Origin: the human T2T-CHM13v2.0 reference genome, Homo sapiens
Direction: 5' to 3' (one strand)
DNA: 64,000 bases
Assembly (NCBI RefSeq): GCF_009914755.1
Contig: NC_060926.1
Part shown: piece after piece, positions 13,714 to 25,658 of the stretch
How the letters are laid out: every line of letters starts with the position of its first letter
How positions within the stretch are numbered: position 1 is the stretch's first letter
Translations under genes and position numbers: made by a program
Notes under the pieces: model-generated
Database searches by the model: none
Told to the model about the DNA's origin: nothing
What the model saw: only the letters and a program-made list of their open reading frames with translations

Positions 13714-13784
13714 ATAGGTTGGTGCAAAAGTGATTGCCATTACTTTTAATGGCAAAAACTGCAATCACTTTTGCAACAACTTAA
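13714..13784. mobile_element. MADE1 (Hsmar1 MITE) with a deletion in the left arm
   Basis: ataggttggtgcaaaagtgattgccattacttttaatggcaaaaactgcaatcacttttgcaacaacttaa, flanked by TA. Confidence 0.9.
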
Positions 13785-13931
13785 TAACTAGTCTTGAATC
13801 AATTATTTAAATTTACTATGCCTCAGTTTCCTAACATAAAAAAACGGGCTTAATAATCCAATCCAAAAAAATTAAAATTTTTGAATTAGGTGATTTAAGG
13901 AAAACGTTTGGAACTAAGATAATTAAAAAGC

Positions 13932-14073
13932 TGTTCTTATTCATATAGTTGTACTCTGACCATTCAGACTAGTGTATAGAGATGGAATGGAGATGCTTTT
14001 AATGTTCTTATTCATATAGTTGTACTCTGACCATTCAGACTAGTGTATAGAGATGGAATGGAGATGCTTTTAA
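13932..14073. repeat. Perfect 2 x 71-bp tandem duplication
   Basis: Units 13932-14002 and 14003-14073 are identical. Confidence 0.97.
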
Positions 14074-14110
14074 TTATAAATAGGACATATAAAATTTAAA
14101 AGTTGGATAA

Positions 14111-14487
14111 TGTTATGGACTGAATGTTTATGTCCCCAAAATTCATATGTGGAAGCCCTAACTTCCAATGTCACTGTATTTGGAGATGGAACCTTTGAAA
14201 AGTAATTAGGTTATTAGGGCAGGACCTTGGTCTGATGGGGCTAGTGGCCTTATGAGAAGAGGCACCACAGTGCTTGTTCACTTTCTCTCTTCTCACGTGC
14301 ACACCAAAAAAAAAAAAAAAAAAAAAAGGCGTGTGAGCATGCAGCAACAAGGAAGAGAGTCCTCACGTCCGCACCTGAGCAGCCATGCTGGCACCCTGAT
14401 CTTGGATTTCCAGTTTCCAGAACTGTGAGAAAATAAATTTATGTTTTCTATGGTATTTTATTATGGCAGTTGAAGCAGACTAAGACA
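14111..14487 (+). mobile_element. MLT1A/B solo LTR
   Basis: tgttatggactgaatgtttatgtccccaaaattcatatg ... gcagactaagaca; TG...CA ends. Confidence 0.88.
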
Positions 14488-15554
14488 GATGCAAATTAGA
14501 GGTTTACATAGAAAAAAAAAAAGAATGATTTGAAATGGTAAACATAACAGTGTTGTCAGCTTCCATCCCAATAAATATGTCACTAACCACATTTTATTCC
14601 ACCATCCACTCCTACTATGGTGGAGTAGGATAAGAATGGATTAGTAATAAGTAAAGCTGTTTGATCTACATTAGTAAAAATAGCCTCACCTCATAGGAAA
14701 AAAATGGAAAAAGATTCACATGTTTATACCTATAACAGTGCTACTTAAATTGTTCTATTGTTAGCTTTAATATGTAAAATACAGGTGGTTGTTAAAACCA
14801 TATAAAAACCTGAATTTAAAATGTTTTTTAAAGCTAAAATGTCAGGTCATAAAATACACCGTATTTGGTGTCCTTCTTGTGTGTGTTTTTCGTTATCTTG
14901 TTCTCAATGAAATTCCCTCAAATGCTCCTTAGAGGCAGGTTTGCTTGCAGCAGGGTCCATGATGTGAGAGGACTGTAACTCAATTTTCTGATTTAATAGT
15001 GCAGTGTTATTCAAGCATGAAATTACCTATTCATGGAGAGCAATCCCCTTTGCCTGGCAAGTCAAGGCTCAAAAACTTGATGTCTACTGTGATTACAGCT
15101 GTTGACCCAACCAATTGTTGCTAGAATCAGAGTTAAGTTTTTCTGTATGCCCCACTGAGGAAAATATGTCTCTGTGAACAGCTAAAAGGTGAAAATAGGT
15201 ATGTAGCTCTCCTTAGAATCACAGCACTATGTGATTAACATGCTGGGTTAAAAAGAACCAAATATAATTATAGCACAAATGGAAAGTATATTGTTTGAAC
15301 TTTTAGGTTCAGGGATACTTGAAAAGTGTATTTATTTAATTGACATTCGGTTTAAACAAGTTTCTTTTAACAAAAATTCTACCAGGTTTAAGAATTACAG
15401 AGGAGGCAAAGTCCAACTCAGCTTTGTCTGTGACCATCTGCTCTATAGGAAACAATGAAAAACAATTTGATTTTCCTCATTAACCTAATCAAACACCATA
15501 AGTGCAGTTGTTTAGCATTGCAACCTCTGAAGTATGAAAATTCAAATAGTGCAA

Positions 15555-15870
15555 ACTTGTCCAGGAGTAATTTTGAGCCAGAAATTTTAACTACATATGT
15601 AATTGTATTTTTTCCTAGTAATCACTTCAAAAAAGGAAACAGGTGAACCTAATTTTAATAATTTATTTTTAATTTATCCAATATATCAAAAACATGATTG
15701 CTTTCAACACTTAACAAAAACATGTCTGATGAGATACTTTATATTCTTTTATTCATACTAAATCTTTGAAATCTGGTGTGTATCTTATACTTAATGGACA
15801 TCTCAATTTGAAATAGTCATATTTCAAATGCTCAATAGCCACATGCTTCTATCATATTGGACTGTGCAAA
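15555..15870 (+). mobile_element. MER33 (hAT-Charlie)
   Basis: catatgtaatt...ctagtaatcac...aaacaggtgaa...tgctcaatagccacatg...attggactgtgc. Confidence 0.75.
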
Positions 15871-16473
15871 TCTACCATCCTTAACATCGTAAAATATTCT
15901 CTCTGAACTCAAGGGTTTTCAGAACCTTTAAGTGGCAAACACTGGAGATGTGAAATGATTGAGAAGAACAAACAAGGCTGCCTGCTCTAATGAGGTGTTT
16001 TCAGTATGATAAGGCTATCTAAAAAATAAGTTTTCTTTTTTTATGCAATGGGAAAAGTCACAAATATTCTCTCACACACACATTTGCACGCGCACGCACG
16101 CACACACACACCACTTAAATTTTTGGCTCACTGACTTCTCTTTTCCTGAGCAGAGTAATGGATTAAGAAGTTTAGATGTATTTAGACTTTAGACTAGACA
16201 ACTACAATTTCAGATGAAAGAAAAGAGCTTGGAAAGCTGCACTTGGAAGCAAGAAAATTGTCATTTTCGGATGAGATTTAACAGAGAGTGATAGGAGAGA
16301 CTGAAAACATCAACTGTAGGAAGAGAAATTCAGAGGGGTAACATTTTATTGTGCGGTATGAATGTAATCAACCTGAGTAATCCACTCCATAGTTTTTGGT
16401 AAAGTTTAAACCACTTTTCAACTTGGAGAGATGCTTAACTGATGATGGTTTTCTGAAAATAACGTGATACCTA

Positions 16474-17281
16474 TGAAACGGGAAAAGTTCCCTTATCCCC
16501 CTCACAGGGCGTGCAGTGGGGTGTGGCTCGCTTCTTCGGTGCCCCACCACTCAAAACCCCTTGGGAGAGCAGGCAGATGGGCAAGTTGTGGGGCTTCGAC
16601 CCCACGGCAGTGTCTAGGGGTGAATGTTACAGCTCCTGAGGCCCCAGTGGGCGTGTGTTACCATGTGCCCTTTTAGTTTAGCCAACCGCTGTTGGCTGTG
16701 TTTATCAGCTCAGTTAGACCCCCCGCCTTACAGCAAGCACAGAGGGCTTTCTGTATCCCAGGGTTTCTTGCCTTGGTGTACCAGAAGAATCGGATCACAT
16801 GTGGGCTTGGAGAATGAGTGCAAGGTTTTATTGACTGGAGGTAGCTCTCAGCAGATGGGGGAAGCCAGAAAGGAGATGGAGTGGGAAAGGTGGTTTTCCC
16901 CTGGAGTCGGGCTGCTCAGCAGCCAGGCTCTCCTCCAACCGCCCCGGGGCAAACTGCGCATCATTTCACCAGTCATGGCTTGACGGTGCCTTTCAGTGTG
17001 CTCTCAGGCCGGTGCGTTTCTCTCCACGTCCAGCCACTTATCTTCTTCTGTCAGTGTGTTCCTCTCCATGTCCAGCCGCTTGTGTGCCTGCCCGCTAGGG
17101 TCTCGGGGTTTTTATAGGCACAGGATGGGGGTGTGACAGGCCAGGGTGAGAAATCCAACATCTGGGTGCGAAGCCAGGAGTGCGTCCTCACCTAGGTCTG
17201 CGGGTCCAGGCCCGGGGGTGGAACCCTACCCAGGGACCCGCCCTTCTCCTCCCAGCTCTTCCCTGCCCCACTCCTGTATCA
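16474..17281 (-). mobile_element. ERV1 solo LTR (LTR1/LTR27/LTR28 group)
   Basis: TG...CA ends; exact 4-bp TSD ccta at 16470-16473 and 17282-17285; minus-strand TATA (17109-17116) and AATAAA (16827-16832); GC-rich. Confidence 0.88.
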
Positions 17282-18370
17282 CCTACATGGACCATGAAGT
17301 CAGCCAGGTTTATTTGGGTTATATTTACATTCACATGGATTGAATGACATATATATATATATATTTAACAGCATTATGAAATAAAGTAACTTGTCCGTTT
17401 GTGTGTGCAAACAAACATGGTGTAAAACTTCAGGTTTATCTTTATAAATTTTTTTTATCTTTGTTAGCCAGCAATTAGGTCCATTTTTATAGATGTTTCT
17501 GGTAATTTGTTTGTTTTAGTCACATACATGAAATTTTTAGAAATATTATTTAAGTTATTTAAAGGCTGATCTTGAAGGACAAAGGTTTTCAGAGTAAAAA
17601 TCTAAAAGTTTTAAGGTTGTTATCTTGTGATTTACTTAAGGCTTATGTGTAGCTTGAAAAAGATGTTAAAATCTCTTTGCTGTCAAGAGCTAGTTTCAAT
17701 ATTTTAGAAGCACATGACTTAAAAATCTGCACTAATAATTCTCATTCACAACATTGAAAGTTGGGATTTGTTGAGTTCTTTAAATTGGCTATAAGTTCCA
17801 TTTCTTGAGTAAAAAGCTATTGAAAAAAATAATTAGAATAGTTAGAGTAAATGTCACATAAATTAAAACATTTTGACTAAACTATTAGTGTGTGTTTGTG
17901 TGTCAGATCAACATAGTCATGTGTTTCTTAGCAAGGAACTATTCACATATGTTTTGCTTCTGCTCAGGATAAGAGTACAAATCCCTCTGGCTCTTTCTGA
18001 ACAATTACAACAAATAATTTTATTTGAAAATATTTCATAAATAATTTATAATTGTTATACACACAAATATTATATGTGTTTATTCTTATGATTCACTTCA
18101 ACTTTATCTGGCAATCTCAAATGATAACTGATATCTCTAGCTGCTTAGTTTTTTATTCTTGTTAAATAGAACTCATGGACTCAGGTTTGCAGACATCCAA
18201 GTTGTGTTGTTCAGTTGCATCTCCAGAATTAGGTCATCTCTCCTTGGGGGGCAGTAGATGGCCTCCCTCAGAACTAACCAGTCTGCAGTTTTGTTTCCTG
18301 AAGAACCGTGACCATGACGAAACATCACTTGAATGTTGAAAGTTTTTATTTCTCTGTAACTTTTCTCCAG

Positions 18371-18506
18371 CAGCCTGATTACCTCCAGATTCCTGGCCTG
18401 ATCAGTGACAGCCTTGTCCTGACAGAGGCTGATGAAACACACCACCATGTCCCAAGAAACTCTTGATTCAGTGCTGCACCCTAGTACCATAGCAATAATA
18501 ACTCAT
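18371..18506 (+). other. Candidate exon, probably non-coding
   Basis: Strong acceptor tttttatttctctgtaacttttctccag at 18370; possible donor CAT|gtaatt at 18506; no recognisable protein. Confidence 0.25.
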
Positions 18507-18589
18507 GTAATTTACCTCCTCTTATTGCTTGAGAGTGAATGTCAAAAGTTTACTTTGCTTTCTAATGTTTATAGGTAATACGTGTGAGC

Positions 18590-18835
18590 AAGCTTCTTGG
18601 GTTTTAATACCAGCTCCACCTCTGACTATCTATACTGTTTTGGGAAAATTACCTAGCCTCCCTAACCTCAATTTCCAAGTCTGTAAAATGGGAATAATAA
18701 TAGCAGCCTATTTTGGAGGATTACTGTGAATATTAGATGAGTTGAGGGCAAGATGTGTTAATTCCTGTAAACCAAGTTGAATAGGACCTGGCAAATGGTA
18801 AGCAACCAATAGATACCAGTTATTATTACCATCGT
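18590..18835 (+). mobile_element. MIR
   Basis: gggttttaataccagctccac...cctcaatttccaagtctgtaaaatgggaataataatag. Confidence 0.75.
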
Positions 18836-18854
18836 AAGATAAGTGTATTTTTGC

Positions 18855-19035
18855 AGCAGTGGCTCTAGACTGCACAGCAGAATCACCCAATGAAAATTTT
18901 AAAAATCAAGCTACTTGTGTCCCAGCCTAAACTTACTGAATTAGAACCTCAAGAGGTAAGTCTCATCATGTGTTTTTTTTCTTTTAAAGTTCCAAAGATG
19001 ATTCTGATATTGCAGCCAAGTTTAAGTCTTACTGC
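18855..19035. mobile_element. MER5-like MITE
   Basis: cagcagtggctct...cagaatcacc...ttactgaattagaa...gattctgatattgcagccaagttt. Confidence 0.6.
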
Positions 19036-19489
19036 TGCAAGAAGATATTATAATTCTAATTGGTGTCCAGTTTTTATTAATTACAAGTTAATCATATACT
19101 AACACTGACCATTCTGTGCTTTACTGACTCTAGACCATTATTCAGTGTCATTATTAATGTAGATATCTCAAATGAGAGGTTGAGACCAATTTTTTTCCTA
19201 TGCCATTTACATGCCATTTTTAAAAAGTAGAGTTGGGAAGAAGAGCCCACCGGGTTGAAGTTTAACTATGAAAATACAGTGTAGACAGAAAGGGAAACCT
19301 AGATTTTAGTTCAGCCTTAGAGTGAACAGTCATTTCCTGGGGAATTGTTGGTGAAAGGTTGAATTTACATGAACCAGATGGTAAATCTGAATTTTGTTGT
19401 ATCTTTGTTTCCCCCAGTATTTCCACTGCCCCTTTAGAGCACAGTTGCACTACAGTCAGGGTAAACTTTTTCAGGTTTGCCCCAATATT

Positions 19490-19950
19490 GTTATTAGCTA
19501 AGATTTATTAAAGGCCCTCTGTTTTAGGGGCTTCATATGATTTTATCTCAATAATGCCACGAACTAGGAACTAATTAATATCATCATTTTACCTATAAGG
19601 AGGCTGAAGTCAGAGAGATTAAGCAACTTGCCTAAAGCTGCAAAGTTTATAAGTAGTGTAGCCAGGATATCAGCCTGGACTCTAGAGCTGTATTTTTTTT
19701 TTTTTTTTTACTTTAAGTTCTGAGATTCATGTACAGAACGTACAGGTTTGTTACATAGATATACATATGCCATGGTGGTTTGCTGCACCCATCAACCCAT
19801 CATCTAGGTTTTAAGCCCCACGTGCATTAGGTATTTGTCCTAATGCTTTCCCTCCCCCTTGCCTTCCATCCCCTGACAGGTCCTGATGTGTGATGTTCCT
19901 CTCCCTCTGTCCATGTGTTCTCAAGAGAGCAGTATTCTTAACCACTGCTC
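19490..19950 (-). mobile_element. MIR interrupted by L1PA
   Basis: MIR core cattttacctataaggaggctgaagtcagagagattaagcaacttgcctaaag; resumes as ttcttaaccactg after the L1. Confidence 0.65.
19698..19923 (-). mobile_element. 5'-truncated L1PA 3'UTR (older subfamily, L1PA8-10-like)
   Basis: Poly-T then tactttaagttctg...catctaggttttaagcccc; degenerate TSD agagc(t/a)gtatt(t/c)tt. Confidence 0.92.
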
Positions 19951-20759
19951 TGTACTGCTGCCTCCCACAACTGCAGCTCTTCAGCCCATCCCACTTGAGA
20001 ATAAATACATCATCTTAAAGATGACTATTTTGGGTAAACACAAATATTCTTCCTCTGGGCATTTCTTTCTCTCTCCGGACTTTTGTCTTCTGCTGCAGGT
20101 TTTGGCCACTACTCTACCTTCATTAAATTTGCTTTTCTTAGCATTTCAAGTTACAGTGCTATTAAAAACAGTTTTTCATTTTCTTTTAAAAATGTACCGT
20201 GGGAGAAATGCAGCCATCTTTCCTTCGGGGCTCTTTCTTTTAGACATGATTAAACAATCCACATCAATAAATGACTCAACCGGGTGAAACAGAGAATTCC
20301 TAAGAAACCATAAATCTCACAAGTTTCAAAGGCTGCTACCCATTTCACATTGTTCAGATGAAATATATCACCCTAAATTCAACTTTAATCATATTATTCT
20401 GATTGTCTTTGCTCCTTATACTTCAGATTTTCAACACTTTGGTCTTTTTAATTTTTGGTCCATCCTTTGTTTAGTGCAAGGCCTTCCACACATATAGGAG
20501 CTCAGAGCTTCTTTGTGGTAATTAAAAATGAGCCTCTTCAAATTTTGAAAAAAAAAATATTAGCTATGGGGCTTAAATGAACTACTCTGTCTCAGGTTTC
20601 AAACAATTGGATAGTGATATTTTCCAAACACCCTGCACAGCCAAGCACTTGCAGTGAAGTGATTTTGCCACTGGGGAGCATCTATTCTGGTGCCCCAACC
20701 CCTGCTCATGGTACCAGAACCCTAACTCCATTCTGCAGAACTGTACTGCTCCTATTCAT

Positions 20760-21210
20760 AGATCTATGATTAGGATAATATTGACCCACCCAAGCTAGAA
20801 ACAGAAACTGTGAAGTCCAGTCTTTTGTTCAACTTAATTGCATCAGGCCTGGGCCTGTGAGTCAGTTCAAACCAATGAGACATTGCAAATATTTGCTGGT
20901 GTCTTTTGGGTAAAAAGCTTTTCTTTCCACTGAGACCTATGAACACAATGTTACCTCTTTACTTCTGGACATTGAAATACAAGATTGTAAAGCCTAGAAC
21001 TGTTGCAGCTATTTCTGATAAAAAGAGAAAAGTCAGTCTTAGAAATGATCTGATACTCAAAAAAAAAAAACAACTCTCATGAATTACGTGTGAGAATTCA
21101 GATCAAACCATAGTCAGAGAACTCTGGGCTTTTTAATTCCTTTTTATGCTTAAGGCTGCATCATCTGTGATTTTTGGCTACATACAACATAAAGAGTTCA
21201 AATTATATTT
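20760..21210 (+). mobile_element. MLT1 (MaLR) LTR remnant
   Basis: aaccaatgagacatt...aagcctagaactgttgcagctattt...ttcctttttatgcttaag. Confidence 0.5.
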
Positions 21211-21977
21211 CAAGAGAGAAACAGAAGAGTTCATGCTTGAATTGTAAGTGTTCATAGAAGTTCTTTTATTTGTTTTCTTTAATTTTTTATTAATCTACTG
21301 GTGTTGGTCATACCAAAGACACAGAGAAGTGAAATAATTAGCTATTCATAGATTCAGAGGCAGCATAAAGATAGAAATAAAAAGCAAGCTGTAACAAAAT
21401 TTAATTCCTGTTTAAAGGCTTTGATTCAATCAACATGATCATTAATATGTATTTGAAAGCGTAGGTGATTCTAAAAGGAAGCTACTACCGGTCACTGTTA
21501 AGTGAGTTTGTTTTCAGTTGTATAAACTTTGTGATAATTATAAATTCAACCATGTTTCAATAGTCACAATATAATTATAGATTTGGACTTTCACAATCAA
21601 AAGCTCTTTGGTTGCTCTTTGAATTCATATTTCCAAGAATTGGGTTCTACTAAAATTATCATTTCATGACCTCTTTGTTGAATGCCCTTTGGCAATATCT
21701 TTGCTAGGTGGTCATATATCCTATGCTTAAGCATCATGGGTTCTAATCTTGATTGGTTTTTACTATTATTATATGTGTCCTTACTCTCAAGAGATGAATC
21801 ATCTGATTGCTATCTCATTCCCTAAGTGCCATATAGAAATTATGTGTACACATGAAAGCCTTTTCGATGTTCAAAGATGTCCTTTATAACTTTTATTTAT
21901 TTTTAAATTATCTTCAATATCTTCTCAGGATAAATTCCCCCAACATCCTTAAGTTATTTGATTTTTTAAAAAGTGCC

Positions 21978-22079
21978 AGGCAGAGGTTGCGGTGAGCCGA
22001 GATCACGTCATTGCACTCCAGCCTGGGCAACAAGAGTGAAACTCCATCTCAAAAGAAAAAGAAAAAAGAAAGAAAGAAA
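21978..22079 (+). mobile_element. 5'-truncated Alu (AluSq/Sp-like 3' end)
   Basis: aggcagaggttgcggtgagccgagatc...gggcaacaagagtgaaactccatctc followed by an A-rich tail. Confidence 0.9.
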
Positions 22080-22099
22080 TGTCTCTTAAGACATTTTCT

Positions 22100-24000
22100 T
22101 TAAGCCAAAAACATGAATGACAGTAAAATATATAAAAGAAAGGTGGATAAGGGACCAGAAACTTTCATTATTTGTAGATAATATGTTTCTCCAAACAAAG
22201 AAGCCCAAAGAAGCCTAGGGCAATGACCACGCATTGTATTCCAGGTGGTAAAGGATGGACTTTTCAATCAACTGAGCTCATAAAGTTGACTTTCCCTATT
22301 CCAAAAGAGTCTGTTAGAAGAAAATAAATGAGTACATCTACCTCACGTGATACACATAGTCAATTCCAGATGATTAAAGACTTCAAAGTAAGAAGTAGAA
22401 CACTAAAATTATTATTAATATATTTAGGAGAATGTTTTATCATTTCAGGATAAAAAAGAAAAATTTTTAAAGAACTCAGAAGAGAACATAAGCTTTGAAG
22501 TAAAAGACTGATATTTTAAATTAATTTAAAATTAAGCACATCTATTCATTGGACAGCATCCAGTTAAAAAAAAAATAAAAAGAACACTAGCCATAAATAA
22601 GCAGAAGATATGTGTAGCATATATAACTGATGACAGATTAATCCAGAACATACAAAGTCTAGTAAGTAATTCTTAAAAGACATTGATCTAGTATAAAAGT
22701 ATCTAGATAACAGAAACACAAATGGTCAACAAATATATGAAAAGAAGCTTAACTTCATTGAAATCACAGAAATGCAACTAAAAACCGTAATAAACCCCAT
22801 TTTATATTCATCAGATTCACACAAATTAAAAAAGAAAAAAATAGCAAGTGTTGGCAAGGATGCAAATCAATAGATATTCCCAGACATAACATTGAAGAAA
22901 AAACAGCAGCAGATATATACATGTAAGATAAATTACATTTTTAAGAAATTACCTTTTTAAGAAATTAAAAAGGTAAAATGATTTTACATGTTGTTTAGGA
23001 GTACATGCATATGTATTCAAAGTAGATACAATGCATAGAAAAAACACATTTAATTCAGAGCAGTGAGTAACTATTGAGACGGTGAGATGGGGTGAGAGAG
23101 AAGGAATGCCATCAGAATAAGTTACCAGCAGGTTTAATTGTACCTCACATGCTTTAAATCTTTTATTTTCTTTTTCTTTGTTGTTTTTTGTTTTGTTTTG
23201 TTTTGTTTTTGCTTGGTGACTTTTTTATTGTGGTAAAGTATATACAACATAAAATTTACTATTTTGGTCATTTTATGTGTACAATTCAGTGGCATTAGGT
23301 ACATTCATAATGATTGTGTTTTCAATAGTTAAAGTAAGTTTTTTCCCCTTATGGATGTGACTACCATCCTGGAACAGAAAATTTGGGTGGACAAGGCACT
23401 GAAAATGATTGTAACTTCTTTAACTTACAGGGAACAAGACTTGGAGTCCCTGCAAGTACCCTATAAGGGGTACTTGCAGCATATAACCTTTCTGGCTGAA
23501 ATTACAGAACAGAATATAAATGTTATTAACTTTTTGAAAAAATAAAAAGTAAAATGACCCAGTAACAAATTAGAATATGGGTAGGAGGGAACTGAAGGGT
23601 CAAGGACTTAATAAGGTTATCTTACAAAGTGGAGAATTAAGATATACTGTCTATGGTTGTTGTAATACAAAATAGAGGTTTAGATGTGCTACCTAAAAAT
23701 ATACAAATACAGTTACTAGAGTAATATAGCCTTAGTATTATAAATATATCAGAAAAAGGAGTAGGATCTAACTAAGCTAAATCTAGCATAGCAGAATTTC
23801 AGTGGTTAATGCTGACTTTTCCAACAAAAATATATGTATATGTTCAAATGGAGAAGTAAGAACAGAAAGAGGTCGAAGTGCTTGCATCTAAGGAGCTGGA
23901 CTCAGGGTGGGGAACTTGATCAGGAAATTGTGGCTTTTAATGATAATTTCTTCTGTTTTTTTTTAAGTAACATGCTTGTATTCTTTGATTAAAAATAATC
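22100..24000 (+). mobile_element. Ancient L1M fragments, with an inverted L1MB-like 3' end at ~23200-23310
   Basis: ORF2-like caaatggtcaacaaatatatgaaaaga...gaaatgcaa...agcaagtgttggcaaggatg; tttttattgtggtaaagtatatacaacataaaatttac. Confidence 0.6.
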
Positions 24001-25264
24001 ATCATGGTATGTTTAGAAAACTGATTCTGTTCTGCTCTGAATGTTTCTCTCAGATTTATATCTAAATTTTAATTATTTATTATTGACAGTAGTATACCTA
24101 TTATAGTATTACTGTAAAAAATGGAATGCAAGAAGAAAGGGGAAGCATTTTAAGTCTAGGAAGTAGAATAAAATATGCTGCAAAAAATGTTTTAGGTTTA
24201 GTATTCCTTGAAATATAATTCAATCTTGATGTTCAAGAGAATTTTTGACTGTATCAGTCTTTGTATATAATCAAACAGAGCACAAAATGGGTACACTCAA
24301 CCTTAGGAAACTTGAGGTTTAGTAAATTTTCCTTTTGTAATATCTTACCAAAAATGGTTGTGTTAATTTTTTATGTTCATGCAATTTACTTCCAAGACAA
24401 GGTGGTTAACGAGGGTTTTGTAGTTGTTTGACAGTGGAAGCTAAACAAGATATGTCTCAGTGGAGTAATTATTGCTTATGTATGTATTAGAATTTATCTA
24501 TTAGTAAAAAAACAGTCTTATAATTATGTCATAAAATTTGATTAGGGACATAAAACTGGAGATTGTAATACTATTAGAGTGCAGGGAATCTGCAATTTTC
24601 TAAAAATCTAATTTTGGAATGTGTCTCTTTTGGATACTAAATACAGAATTTTTTGGCCCTAGGGTAAGTAATCTTTTATCTGAACTCTTTCTTGAATTTT
24701 CTAAGACTTATAATAATCAAGGTTTGGATTGAAAGCATAATAAATTATTCAGAGATGCATTATATCCTTGATTTTATAATTACCGAGCAAGAATTCCAGA
24801 GATATGCACAGTTGCATGTTCCATATAGACTCCTCAGAAATCATACCTTCAACATAAGTAAAATAACTTCCACTAGTAATTTATTTATTTTTTGTGAGGG
24901 ATGGGGGGATTAATTCTTAAATATTAAGGCATTAAAGTTTCTACAAATTGTTATCCCTGTAAGATTTCATTTTAGGAGTCATGAAGATATATTGGGTAGT
25001 AAACATAAAATTATATTTTGTCTTTGCATATTCAAGTCAGTCCTCTAAGTGTGATTGTCATTTAACTTATGTAATGCATAATTTTTCTTATCTCTTTCGA
25101 GATAAGAAAAGAATTTCAATAGAATTACTGCATTAACTATGGAGATGGGGTGGTGATTAAGGGGAATATCCCACCAAAGATATGAACTGTGGTCTGGTAA
25201 GAGTATGGCAAGAGGAATAGAAGAAATGCCACTACATTACTTTTAATGCATTTCCCATGAAGAT

Positions 25265-25658
25265 TGTCTTAGTCTGTTTGTAAAGCTATAACAAAATATC
25301 ATAGACTAATTTATAAATAACAGAAATTTATTTCTCACCTTTGGAACTTGGGAAGTTGAAGATCAAGGTGCTGTCAGGTTCAATGTCTTGTGAAGGTCCT
25401 GGTCTCCACTTTCAAGATGGCAGCTTGTTGCTGCATTATCTGGAAGAGAGGAATGCTATGTCCTCACATGGCAGAAGGTAGAAGGGCAAGAGGGCCAAGT
25501 ATTGTGTGAAGTCTCTTTTATCAGAGCCTTAATCCCATTCACAAGGGAGGAGCCCTCATACCTGATCACCTCTTACACACCTCACCTCTTGCTACTATCA
25601 CATTGGCCATTAAATTTTAACACCTGAATTTTGGAGAGGACACATTCTGACTATGGCA
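25265..25658 (-). mobile_element. MSTD/MLT1A-type solo LTR
   Basis: tgtcttagtctgttt...acattctgactatggca; near-TSD aagat/gagat. Confidence 0.88.

Noticed and set aside
13932-14073. Possible CRISPR-like repeat
   Set aside because: Only two abutting copies with no spacers, in eukaryotic DNA
16368-17343. Cluster of overlapping ORFs of 60-119 aa
   Set aside because: They lie almost entirely within a GC-rich solo LTR, where stop codons are naturally rarer
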